Position numbers and translations under genes: made by a program | Shown here: positions 51,196-64,000 of the stretch, in pieces | Layout: each line of letters opens with the position of its first letter | How positions within the stretch are numbered: the first letter of the stretch is position 1 | Notes under the pieces: model-generated | Databases searched by the model: none | What the model saw: the letters and a program-made list of their open reading frames with translations, nothing else | Told to the model about the DNA's origin: nothing | From: Octopus vulgaris | Taxonomy: Eukaryota | Assembly: GCA_951406725.2 (NCBI GenBank) | Contig: OX597814.1 | Coordinates: 169,260,001 to 169,324,000 of the forward strand | Direction of reading: 5' to 3' | DNA length: 64,000 nt

Positions 51196-52059
51196 TAATT
51201 TGATAAACTTTGAAGTTATTCTCAAGAAAGGTCCAATTAAAAAAGTTACCTCTTTCCATAACCACAGCCAGATTAAGACCTATAGAGGCTCTAAGCACTT
51301 AAAAGATTTTGGTGTGCCCATACATATGTAATTCAAAATATAAACAATAATAAACCATAAATTTTTATTTTCTCAAAATGAAACAAAAGTAACAATAAGA
51401 TGGAAAATGATGTTTATTTTTGTTCACTTCCACTTTATTTATATTTGAAAAGTTTTCTCCTAACTTTTTTCTTTTTAATTTGCAAAGTCTTTGATTAGAT
51501 CCTCACTATGATGCCATGACCACTTTGGAATTATATTTCCAATCATATAAACCACTTTGAATGCTGTTGCATCAACCTTTTACTTCTTTTTATATCCCTT
51601 ATATTTTTTTGTGCATAACTATTGGTTTATTTTTATGAAATAGATATTGCAAGTAGCAATTATTGTCTTATTACAATCTCCTATTTTTGAATGACTATTT
51701 CGCTTATCATTTATATCTCATCTATTTTCATACAAGCAATTTTTCTTTAAAGATTGTATTTGCAATCAGCCCTAAGCTTGTCTCTGAAAGGGAGCTCAGT
51801 GATGACATGCAACAAATGGTTAACAAATTATGTTTAACTTGCAACTGACTAGGAGTTATTAATATAGCAGTGGCCATGATATTTGAGACAGCGGTCAAGA
51901 AAAAAAAGGCAAAATCAAGGTAAGTCCCCGTCAAGAAAATAGGTCTTTGTAAAGAAATGACAGCTGATAAGTCAGATAAAGATAGGAATATCAGTATGTC
52001 GATGGCAATTAGAAAAATTAGGGAGTTAGCAGATAAGTTAAAAATAATTTTTTATTATT

Positions 52060-52368
52060 TATGCACCCTTTTCAAGCCTAGTCAGGCTCATGGGCCCAGT
52101 TTTCTGGTTTCTATGGCATATGTGCTCCCCCCAGCTCGAAGGGACACCAGTCCATCGTAGTGTTACTCAAAAAAAACAGGAAGAAAGAGTAAAAGAATGT
52201 TGGGGTGAAAGAGTACAACAGGGGTCGCCACCACCCCCTGCCAGAGCCTTGTGGAGCTTTAGGTGTTTTCGCTCAATAAACACACACAATGCCTGGCCTA
52301 GGAATCAAAACTACGATCCTCAGACTGCGAGTCCACTGCCCTAACCACTGGGCCATTGTGTCTCCACA
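52060..52368 (-). mobile_element. SINE family C, tail type 3
   Basis: Family C head; tail shared with the internally deleted copy at 32350-32462. Confidence 0.75.
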
Positions 52369-52581
52369 ATTACTGAAAAATTAGGTGTTGAAATGAAAGT
52401 AGAAGAAATCCTAAATCAAAGGCTTGAAAGGGAAAATATATGAGAATAATTGGCAGCAGCATGGCTATGAGGCTATCTCTTCTTAACTATGTGGTTTTAG
52501 ATTCAATCTCATTGCATGGCACCTTGGCCAAGTATCTTCTAACATAACCCTGGCTGACCAAATATATATATATATATATAT

Positions 52582-52626
<45 letters not shown>

Positions 52627-53482
52627 TATACACATCTCTCTCACTCTCTCTCTGAACATCAAATCATTGTTGGAAAGAAGTTTTACTTCTCTCAGAGCAG
52701 GCTATTATGTTCTTCATCAGTTAACCAATTATTGTTTTGTTGTCCAAGCCCTGGTTGTCTCATAGTCCAATCAGACCTCAGAATTAGTCTTTGGTTTGAG
52801 ATCCAAACTCTCAGTTGGTCCTAATGACATTTAGGACCAACAGGCTGTGCTATATTCTGATCACACACAATATAGGACTTAAGACTGCAGCCACAGTTCA
52901 CAATAGCTGGCATAATTCAGTCACAAAATTCCGAGTCAAAACTGAAGATCTGAGCCTGAAATAATCCTTATTTCAGGTTCTGGACTCAGTAAAATATATC
53001 CACTGAATGTTTTTTCAGTTTGCTGCCACATTCACATCAATCTTATAGCAAGATGCTTGATGCAAATTGTAGAATTTTAGCCAGACCTCTTTTAGTTATA
53101 AATGAGCCTTGAATCTCAAGCAAAGGCTGAAACCAGGTTTAAATACCAAACTTTTGTCCATAACTTTTTACAGTTGGTTACCAGTTTGCCCTATTATTTC
53201 CTTTTTGTATTTGTATTTCATTTTGTAACTCTCATGTTCTTAATTGTTCTTAACATTGTGGAGGCACAATGGCCCGATGGTTAGAGCAGCGGACTCGCCG
53301 TCAGAGGATTGCGGTTTCGATTCCCAGACCGGGCGTTGTGTGTGTTTATTGAACGGAAACACCTAAAGCACCTTCTTCTTTTGTCACAGTTCAAGCGTTC
53401 TTTCTTGATGAATAACTGGAATTTCATGAATTCTTTTCACTGGAATCAGTTTGTACCCATGATCTAAAAACTGGGAATTGCT

Positions 53483-53897
53483 ACTCTTTTTCTCTTTTAC
53501 TTGTTTCAGTCATTTGACTGTGGCCATGCTGGAGCACCGCCTTTAGTTGAGCAAATCGACCCCAGGACTTATTCTTTGTAAGCCTAGTACTTATTCTATC
53601 GGTCTCTTTTACCGAACCGCTAAGTGATGGGGACATAAACACACCAGCATCGGTTGTTAAGCAATGCTAGGGGGACAAACACAGACACACAAACATACAT
53701 ACACACACACACACACATATATATACATATATACGATGGACTTCTTTCAGTTTCCGTCTATCAAATCCACTCACAAGGCTTTGGTCAGCCCAAGGTTATA
53801 GTAGAAGACACTTGCCCAAGATGCCATGCAGTGGGACTGAACCCAGAGCCATGTGGTTGGTAAGCAGACTACTTACCACACAGCCACTCCTGCACCT
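53483..53897 (-). mobile_element. SINE family A, full length
   Basis: Matches the other family A copies. Confidence 0.85.
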
Positions 53898-56260
53898 GTT
53901 GCATATTTCTAACTATTCAAAAGGCACAGATATGGATACAAAAGCTGTTCTAGTATCACATTTAAATCCAGTTAACTCTCCATTCACTTTCAATTGAATT
54001 TTAATAGACTTGTCTTTAATTTCATTTGCTGTTTGTAATGTAATATTTCTCAAAACTGGATGTTTTATCAGTCATCTTTTACTTACTTCAGTCATTGGAT
54101 TGCAGTCATACTGGGATCCACCTTGATGGGTTTAGTTGAATAAATCATTTCCATTCTGTATATTTAAGGTGAGAGGCACAAGCACTTACACTGCCTGACT
54201 GGCCCTCGTGCCAGTGGCATGTAAAAGCACCCACTACACTCTTGGAGTGGTTGGCGTTAGGAAGGGCATCCAGCTGTAGAAACTGTGCCAGATCAGATTG
54301 GAGTCTGGTGCAGCCATCTGGTTCACCAGACCTCAGTCAAATCGTCCAACATTTCAACATCATGGAAAACGGACGTTAAACGATGATGATGATGCTGATG
54401 ATGATGTACACCCATGATGGAAACTTCTGCCTACCAAATCCAATCACAAGGTTTCAGTCAGCCCAAAACTATAGCAGAAGACACTTGCCTAAGTGGGACT
54501 GAACCCCAAACCATGTGGCTGGGAAGCAAGCTTCCTAAACACACAGCCATACCCATACCAGCATAGAAAATGAACATTAAATGACGATGATGATGATTTT
54601 TAAGTTTGGTATTTATCCTATCATAATCTTTTGCTGAACTGCTAAGTTACTGGTACATAACCAACAATGTGATGGGGGTGGGGGTGGAAACAAACTCAAA
54701 GCCACACACACACATTTTTATGAAGAGCTTCCATCTACCAAGTTCACTCACAAAGCATTGGTCAGCCCAAGACTAAAGCAGAAGACACATGCTCAAGGTT
54801 CCATAATGGAGGACTTAAATTCAAAACTACAAGTTTGCAAAGTGAGCTTCTTAACCATGCAGCCATACCTGCACCTGTTTGCTTAATTTTTCTTTTCAAA
54901 TTCTATTTATTATTTTTCTGTTATTATTCATCCTTATTTTGATTTAATCTGAATCAGAATTCTTTCAAAAATGATCTTTCTTATGGCTACAATTACATTC
55001 TACACATTTTCCCCCTTGTTCAATATTTCATTCTTCCTCTATTCTCATGGCCAAAATTTTCAGACTCAGGCTTTCCTTTTAATAAATTTGAAGAACTTTC
55101 AATAGCTGTATTTATTGGTATTAGAATTTTCAATGTTTTTCTAGTGTAGAGTCTTGTTTCTCTCAAAATTATTTACCACACATTTTTCGTATATGTGTCC
55201 ATAATCAATCTGTCTCTTACAGAATTTGTAAAGTCTACCAATTTCTGAATTTTATTTTTCTGCAACAAATTGGTACTACTCATTCCACTCATTTGATAGA
55301 AACTGAAACAAATTTTATATTTCAACATCACAAGAATTCTCTTCCTCAAAATGTGTTACCAATTTTTGTATGACTTCGAAAAATTTACATTTTGCATCAT
55401 CAAAGCATTAGCCAATTTAAACGTTTTTACCACCAGTTCCAGTGATAAAATATTTCAATTTTACATCTTCATTGGTAAATCTGTTTTTAGATCAAAATAA
55501 GTCTCCATTCTGATCACAAAAATCTTTTTATTTCAGAATGTTGGAAACTTTTTTTTTTTCTATGAAATAACCTGAACTTATCTAGATATTTCTTCAGCCA
55601 ATCTAATATCATAATTTCATAATTTTTAAACAAATGACCTCAAAAAAAAATATATTCTTCTAAAAATTAAGAATTTATCACCATTTTTTTTTCCGTTTTG
55701 CAAAACCTGTTGCTAATTTTTGTGGAAAAGTTTTCATATCTACCTTTTTTTTCTCAAAGTCTTCAGTGCTACATTTTTCAGGCTAACTTCATCTTGTTCC
55801 CACTTTTTTGTTGTGTTTATTTCTTAGTTACAGTACAATCTGCAAGTATAATAAAAGCAAATTCTACAATTATTGACAGGAATATATAATAAAAAATTGT
55901 TTTCAAATCTTGCCACAAGGGAGAGGATAAATCGATTACATCGACTCCAGTGTTTCACTGGTACTTAATTTATTAGGATATAATAATGAAAATAAAGCAA
56001 TGAACCTCAGTAATTAGTTGATATCATTGTACAACATTTCGGCTAAAGAGTGTAACCCTTTGCCAAAATAATCATGTTTTATTATATCTAAGATCACAGG
56101 TTTTTGGTATAGCTGTGTACCAAAAAGTTTGCTTGCCAAATGCATGGTCTCAGGTTCAGTTATACTGTGTGGCAACTTGGGCAAGTGTCTTCTAATATAG
56201 CATCCAGGTAACCAAGGCTTTGTGAGTGGATTTGATAGATGGAAACTGAAAGCCTGTCCA

Positions 56261-56313
<53 letters not shown>

Positions 56314-57597
56314 TGTGCGTGTGTGTGTGTATGTGAATGTGTGCATGTGTGTGTGTATGTGAATGTGTGCGTGTGTGTGTATGTGAATGTGTGCATGTGT
56401 GTGTGTGTATGTGTGTGAGTGCGTTACTGTCTGCTTGTTGTCATGTGATGTCATGCAAGCGCATGTCCTTCATCCTCAATCTTCTATGGCAACACATCTG
56501 GTCATGGGGAATATTACCTTACTTGGAAACAGGTGAGGGTTGGCAACAGGAAGAGCATCCAGCTATAGAAAATCTTCCTCATCAAATTCTGTCTGACCCA
56601 TGACAGTATGGAAACATAGAAGTTAAACTATGATGATATATGAGTATATTTTTCCATTCACCCTGCTCAATTTATGTACCAACCCACAAGTGACATCAAC
56701 TATTGCTACATATTGTAGGGCTAAACAAATAGCTGTCTTTAGTTGAACTGTGACTGAGGAGATGAATAATCTCTGAAACATCTCAATGTTATGTAAATTA
56801 ACTTGTGATAAGTATCCTATAGCTCCTATTTGTGATATATTTGTAGTCTATTCTTCCTGTTATTTTTAAATTCACACACACATATTCGAATTAAATACAA
56901 CAGTAAAGTCACAATAAAGTATGTGAGAATTGTGTATATATATATTACACACTTTGCTATATTAGTACAAAATGTATACATGTATGTGTGAATGATTTTG
57001 TTTTACCTCTCATCTTCACATGTGTATGGTGACTGTAAACAAAAGCCTTACCAGTCAAGACCAATGGTGTTCGTCTGCAGTCTACTGCAAAAGCATATGC
57101 AGGCTACATGTCATGTCATGACAGGTTGCAAGCTGAATATCCACAAAAGCCTCACCATTCATGCAAACAATCTCATTTGTTTACAGTCTTCCAGGAAAGG
57201 ATGTCTGGACTGTTTGTTGTTCAATAAACTGTGGTATTTATTGTCTTGCATAGAAACAGATGCGAGATATCAGAAATGATATCTGGTCATAGAAAGCTTA
57301 CCTCAAGTAATCTCAATTGATCAATCCAAACATGGAAAACTAGACTTTAAAGCAGTGTTTCTCAAATGGTTCCTACAGGTTCCGTAAGAAAGAGTGAGAT
57401 AAGCTAATGCTAATTTCATGATTGTAATATTACTATACATGCACAACATATTATTGGTTATTGTAATATTCTTTTCTGCTCTAGGCACAAGGCCCAAAAT
57501 TTTGGGGGAGAGGGGCAGTCGATTAAATTGACTCCAGTACTGGTACTTAATTTATTAACCCCGAGAGGATTTATGGACACCCTATATATGCATATAC

Positions 57598-57649
<52 letters not shown>

Positions 57650-57652
<3 letters not shown>

Positions 57653-57966
57653 GCTCAGTGGTTAGAGCATCGAACTTATGATCATGAGGTTGTGAGCTCG
57701 AATCCCGGACCAGGCTGCATGTTGTGTTCTTGAGCAAGACACTTTATTTCACGTCGCTCCAGTTCACTCAGCTGTAGAAATGAGTTGCGATGTCAGAGGT
57801 GCCAAGCTGTATCGGCCGTTGCCTTTTCCTTGGATAACACTGGTGGCGTGGGGGAGGGGGGGGCTGGTATGCATGAGCGACTGCTGGTCTTCCCTAAATA
57901 ACTTTGCCTGGGAGGGTAACCTTCTAGGTGCAATCCCATGGTCTGTGTCATGACCGAAGGGGTCTC
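57650..57966 (+). mobile_element. tRNA-derived SINE family D (V/Meta-SINE-like core)
   Basis: TGGCTCAGTGGTTAGAGC A box, GCTCGAATCCC B box, TTGTGTTCTTGAGCAAGACACTT core. Confidence 0.7.
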
Positions 57967-58074
57967 AGAATATATATATATGTATATATGTGCAGGAGAA
58001 CAGAGGAGAGAGCGGGAAAATAGCAGTGGTGAGCATGGATATGTTGTAGGGGAGAGAGGGGTCATGGACATGGA

Positions 58075-58290
58075 TTTTACTTTTGCTGGGCAAGTCTTCT
58101 CCAGCACAACATATCTTCAGTTGTCTCAATCCCTTTCACCTCCTCCGTGAGACTCAGCATATGAAGATCATTTCTCACCACTTCATCCCATGTCCTCCTA
58201 TGTCTACTTCTTCTGCAGGTTCCTTCCACATTTAGAGATTGGCACTTATTTATGAAGCTTCTTATATTCAACTTAAACCATTTACACTTG
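58075..58290 (-). pseudogene. RTE-type LINE ORF C-terminal remnant
   Basis: KCQSLNVEGTCRRSRHRRTWDEVVRNDL (G-R-P-R-x-T-W motif). Confidence 0.6.
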
Positions 58291-58428
58291 TACATGTACA
58301 CTGACTTTGCACATCTAGCAACGCATGCTGGTTTCTTTTATTTCAAGCCTTCACATGTCCTTTGCAGCCACAGCCCCTGTTTTGCTGCCATGTAGCACAG
58401 CTGTCCGTACACAGGTATCATACAATCA

Positions 58429-58650
58429 CGAGCTGGCAGAAATGTTAGCATGCTGGGCAAAATGCTTAGCAGTATTTTGTCTGCTGCGTTCTGAGTTCAA
58501 ATTCCGCCGAGGTCGACTTTGCCTTTCATCCTTTCAGGGTCGATAAATTAAGTACTGGTTACGCACTGGGGACGATATAATCGACTTAATCCGTTTGTCT
58601 GTCCTTGTTTGTCCTCTCTGTGTTTAGCCCCTTTTGGGTAGTAAAGAAAT
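58429..58650 (+). mobile_element. SINE family B, near full length
   Basis: 16-bp TSD AGGTATCATACAATCA at 58413-58428 and 58651-58666. Confidence 0.9.
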
Positions 58651-60142
58651 AGGTATCATACAATCATCTACCTTTCACCCTGAGGGAGAGCCCCTTTGTC
58701 ACCAACAAAGGTAATAGCTCTCTGAACTTTGCTCAGCTGACTGCATTTTCCCCCCACCACTGCTTCACAGCTGGCGTTAGTTTGTTAGTTTGTTTACATC
58801 CCCATACATCCTGTACACATACAACATGCTTCCATCTAGTTTCCACCATCCAGATTCACTCACAAGGCATTGGTTGGCCCGAAGCTATACTAGAAGACAT
58901 TTGCCCCAGCTACCATACACAGGGATTGAACCCAAGACTACATAGTTGAAAAGAGGGTTTCTTAACCATACAGCCTTTTTTTTTCCAATGGTTCTTCTAT
59001 ATATTGAAACCTTTCTTTTTCATACATCTTACGACATAATAAAACCATTCTTATTTGTTATTTAACATTACACCACAAATGTGAACAAGTGTTAAAACCT
59101 ATTGTATGTTCAGTGACTGCCTGCTTTGTCATTATACGTATATCAATAAATATGATTTTATTTTTCTGAACACTCTCTCCTGCAAAGTGTAAACCACATA
59201 TTTCCTGTTTGTTGCTCACTAATGTAATTCCTCTCTCTTCATAAAAATATTTTTCTGTTTGCTTTTTATTATTTTGTTTTATTTGTTATTTGTAAATACA
59301 TTTTTTTCTTTTTCTTTTCCTTTCATTTTTTTTTCTTTTTGTTTGTTTGTTTGGGTGTGTAGAATTTTAACTTTGTCCTTTTAACATTCATTGAGAAGTT
59401 GTGTATATTTATTGAGAGAGGGGTTGAGAAGGTTTTGAAGCGTTAATGGATTCAGGACTGTTATCGCTTAACACTAAACATAAAGAACTAGATATGATAA
59501 ATCATGTTATGTGTGTGTATGTGTGTATTTGTCTATATATCTGTAGGTACACACACACACACATAATGTATGTGTACCTACAGATATATAGGTAATGTGT
59601 GTGTGTATGTGCAGGAGTACTTGTTTCAATCATTGGACTGCAGCCATACAGGGGTACTGTCTTGAAGGGTCTTTGTTGATCAAATTGACCCTAGTGCTTA
59701 TGTCATTTTTAAAAAAAAATCTTATCCTTATTCTTTTGGTTGCTTTTGCTGAACCACCAAGTTATGGGGAAGTAAACAAACCAACACACCTGTTGTCTGT
59801 TAGGTGCGTATGTGTGTGCATTAAACAAAGATACAAAGACACACACTCGTGCACACATGCTGGTGCTACATAAATGTATCCATGCCAGTAACATGTAAGA
59901 AGCATCCAGCAGACTCTATTAAGTGGTTGACATTAGAAAGGGCATCCAGCTGTAGAAACCATACCACAACAGATGGTTCCCTGCTAGCCAGCTCCATATC
60001 AAATCATCCAGTTTATGTCAGCGTGGAAAGAGGACTTTAAACGATGATGATGATACACACACACACACACACATACACACACACAAAATGAGCTTTCACA
60101 CAATTTCTATTAAATAAATTCACTCACAGAGCATTCGTTGAG

Positions 60143-61012
60143 ATCATCATCATCATCTTTTAACGTCTGCTTTCCATGCTAGCATGGGTTGGATGATTTT
60201 GACGGAGGGATGGCGAACCAGATGGCTGCACCAGGCTCCAATCTTGATCTGGCAGAGTTTCTACAGCTGGATGCCCTTCCTAACGCCAACCACTCTGAGA
60301 GTGTAGTGGGTGCTTTTTACGTGCCACCAGAACAGGGCCAGTCAGGTGGTACTGGCAATGACCTCGCTCAAATCTTTTTGCACATGCCACCAGCACAGGT
60401 GCCAGTAAGGCAATGCTGGTAACGATCACGCTCGAATGGTGCCTTTTATGTGCCACCGGCATGGAAGCCAATTAGCCGCTCTGGCAACGATCACGTTCAG
60501 ATGGTGCTCTTGGCACCCTACTAGCATGGGCACAAGTGCCAGTAAGGTGACGCTGGTAACAATCACACTTGAATGGTGCCTTTTATGTGCCACTGGCATG
60601 GAAGCCGGTTAGCTGCTCTGTCAATGATCACACTTGTATGGTGCTCTTTGCACCCAGCTAGCACGGATGCCAGTCATCGAATTTAATTTTGATTTTGATT
60701 TCACTTGCCTCAACAGGTCTTCACAAGTAGAGTTTAGTATCCAAAGAAGGAAAAGGTACGCATAAGTGGGCTGGTTACGCTCCTAGCATAGGCTACGAGG
60801 TTATGGTCTCATTTGGCTTACCAGGTCTTCTCAAGCACAGCATATTTCCAAAAGTCTCAGTCACTAGTCATTTCCTTGGTGAGGCCTAAAGTTCGAAGGT
60901 TGTGCTTCACCACCTCAACCCAGGTCTTCCTGGGTCTATCTCTTCCAGAGGTTCCCTCAACCACTAGGGTGTGGCACTTTTTCGCACAGCTATCCTCATC
61001 CATTCTTGCCAC
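60143..61012 (-). mobile_element. RTE-type LINE 3' end (ORF C-terminus, tandem-repeat 3' UTR, (GAT)n tail)
   Basis: VARMDEDSCAKKCHTLVVEGTSGRDRPRKTWVEVVKHNLRTLGL; the UTR is the source of many short copies in the window. Confidence 0.75.
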
Positions 61013-61711
61013 ATATATATATATAGGTGCAGTCGTGGCTGTGTGGTAAGAAGCTTGCTTCCCAATCACATGGTTTCGTAGATTTTTCAGTTGGAAACTG
61101 AATGAAGCCCGTCGTATGTATATATATATATATATATTAATAATAAGGACACATTGAAGTGTCTATCCACTAGAAATAAGAGTCAAAACCATTATTTGAA
61201 CCATCAAACAAAATTTACACTGAAAGCAACAGATTCAATAGTATACTAGCAGATTGAAAATAATCTCTCACATACCAATATAGCATAACGCTATATATTT
61301 AATGGTATAGGTATACATGTGGACTGGTTTCTGGTTTGATACAAAGATCTTACCTCCCTCAGCACATCTTAACCCTTTGAAACACTATCCGAATCTGTAA
61401 ATCTGCTGGTGTCCTTAATTGCCTAGTGCCAAAATGCGGACATATGTATATATTTGTATCCTTGTATTTGTGTTTGTCTCCCTCCCATTACCACTTGACA
61501 ACTGATGGTGGTGTGTTTACATCCCTGTAACTTAGCAATTTGGCAAAAGAGACCAATAGAATAAGTACTATGCTTAAAAAATAAGTCCTGTGATTGATTG
61601 TTTGACTAAAACCCTTCAAGGCAGTGCTCCAGCATGGCCACAATCAGATCACTCAAACAAGTAAAAGAATAAAAGAATATATGTGTGTTGTCGTTGTTGT
61701 TGTTGTTGTTG

Positions 61712-61744
<33 letters not shown>

Positions 61745-62549
61745 TGCATATGTGTACAGTGTGAAGTGAGATACCTAAATTTATTACACACATTGCAGAT
61801 GTGACAGGGTGTGATAAGTTTGAGTATCTCCTGCATCACTGTACACATGTATTTGCATGTGTGGGATATTCTGTGTGATTCATATAGCACTGTATGCCTA
61901 ACACATATGCACATACACATACATATGCACATACACATACATATGCATACACACATGCATAAAGTACATAGCAGAGGAGAGTATTGTTGTTTGAGTCAGA
62001 AACTCAATGAACAGTATAATTTGGTTTTACCAAGAGTGTGAGCACGTGGATGGAGGCGGGGTTAGAGAGAGAGAGAGAAAGAAGAAGAAAGAAAAGAAAG
62101 TGAAAGAGAGAGAGAGAATGACAGAGAATTTTGTGCATCTCATAAAACATTGCACACAGACGTGTGTGTGTATGTTTGCTCTGTGCTTTTTTATTTATTC
62201 ACCACCCCGCTTACACATTTATCTGATGTCATATTTGTTTCCAGGTCTTTGCCAAATCCATGGTTTTCATCTAACTGTCAATCTGTCATTGATGTTTTTT
62301 GGTTATTTATCTGTATACGTACTTCCATATCCATAGATAATGTACACAAACATAAGTACATACTTACACACACACCCACCCACATCTACCCCACTGCCCA
62401 CATACACACAGTCATGTTTTATTGGAAGCGTTCATACATTGGAATACAAAGATGGGTTGGTGGTAAACTCCCAACAAAACTTCTAGATTCAAACACAATT
62501 GGTCTACTATACTTTGGGATGAACAACAAAAATTAGATATTAGATAGAC

Positions 62550-62708
62550 ATAGCTATGTGATAAGAAGTTTGTTTCTCAACCATGTGGTTCTGGGTTCAG
62601 TCCCACTGCGTGGTACCTTGGGGAAGTGTTTTCAACAATATTCCTTAACTGACCAAAACCTTGTGAGTGGATTACATGGACAAAAACTGAAAGAAGCTCA
62701 TTGGGTAC

Positions 62709-62768
<60 letters not shown>

Positions 62769-63065
62769 ATGTGTGTGTGTATGTGTATTTGTGTGTGTGT
62801 GTGTGCATGCACACGTGTGTGTGTGTGTGTTACTGCTTACTTGCCTTGACATTGCATGATAGTTGTAAATGAGTGTCACTGTCATACTGGTGGTGTCTTC
62901 CATTACCAATCTTCCATAAAAAAAGATGTCTGGTCATGGGGAAATATTATCTTGTTTGGAAACAAGAGGGCTGGTGATTATAAGGGCACTCCTGATATAG
63001 AAACCCTGTTTCAACATATTCTGTCTGACTTGCAAGCTTGGAAAAGAGGAACTGTGAAGTGAAAA
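62550..63065 (+). mobile_element. SINE family A head with an alternative LINE-like tail
   Basis: Family A head, (TG)n, then a TCTGGTCATGGGGAAATATT...(GAT)n tail as at 56420-56635. Confidence 0.65.
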
Positions 63066-63099
63066 ATAATGATGATGTTGATGATGATGATGATGATGT

Positions 63100-63148
<49 letters not shown>

Positions 63149-63227
63149 GGTGGTGGTGGTGGTGGTGGTGGTGGTGCTGATGATGATGATGATGGTGATG
63201 GTGATGGTGGTGATGGTGATGATGATG

Positions 63228-63277
<50 letters not shown>

Positions 63278-63300
63278 GATGATGGTGATGGTGATGATGT
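63066..63300. repeat. (GAT)n/(GGT)n trinucleotide tract
   Basis: Read directly. Confidence 0.95.
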
Positions 63301-63655
63301 GAGTTATAGTTAGCTCCTTAGCAGCTGCAGCCTACCTTTATTCAAGTTCAGTAGGAGAAATTGAGCAAGTACGAACCCTTATTTTGAAACTTTCAACTCT
63401 TCTGCTCAGATTTATAAAACCCATAATCAGTGGCTCATTTAGGTATGTTACTCAGGTCATGAATACTCATTGTCATAAATAAGAACCTCTTCCAGGCAAA
63501 GAATGAAACTTCAGGGTAATATTATCTTCCTTGGAAACGGCTGATAGCCAGCAACATGAAGGGCATCCAACCATAGAAGATCTGCCTCGATGAATTTCAT
63601 TTGATCCATGCAAGCATGTAAAAGTGGCCATCAGAATTATGACAACAACAACAAC

Positions 63656-63700
<45 letters not shown>

Positions 63701-64000
63701 GATGTTGATGATGATAAAAGCTTTTATGTTTAAAATAATGCAATCCAAAATTTTGTCAGTTCCAATTGATGGAACTTTGATTTTAAGATAAAATCTGCTG
63801 CAATGTCTATTTGCTTTTCCTTTTCTTTGTGTGAAAGATTGCTCAAGTTTCACATTTATAAATGGGTTTTCAACCTCAAAATTGGTTTGCAATTTTCATC
63901 TAGAAAATACTTTGTTACTGATTAATTTCATATCAGATTAATGTTGCAGAAGTGAATATTTTATAGTTTAATTTCAGGATGTTCAGTTTGTCAGCATAAA

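Noticed and set aside
51753-51919. Plus-strand coding exon (ag...gtaagt)
   Set aside because: Stops in all three frames and no recognisable homology
54930-55900. Possible hAT transposase remnant on the minus strand (also ~51265-51600)
   Set aside because: Only faint ERSF- and DLIKDFA-like traces; not supportable without a profile search

Overview
AT-rich, microsatellite-dense eukaryotic non-coding DNA. The SINE families and repeat landscape resemble a coleoid cephalopod (Octopus-like); this is inferred, not proven. No intact host protein-coding gene is supported, and most ORF-track hits are translated microsatellites. The window is mostly transposable elements: many tRNA-derived SINEs, RTE/CR1 LINE 3' fragments, two decayed tandem Tx1/L1-clade retrotransposons inside a (TATC)n array, Tc1/mariner (DD37D maT, IS630-like, Tc2/pogo) remnants and MITEs, and a short Helitron. 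The most notable signal is a set of non-coding elements, mostly (TA)n-embedded and often palindromic, that carry minimal type I hammerhead ribozyme motifs (CUGANGA...GAAAC...GUH) at about 8 loci, often on both strands. Their layout (inverted arm, direct arm, tail) matches Penelope-like retroelement termini. One is fused to a 28S rRNA fragment. A Tc2/pogo-like MITE carries a ~360 bp inverted copy of neighbouring genomic DNA.
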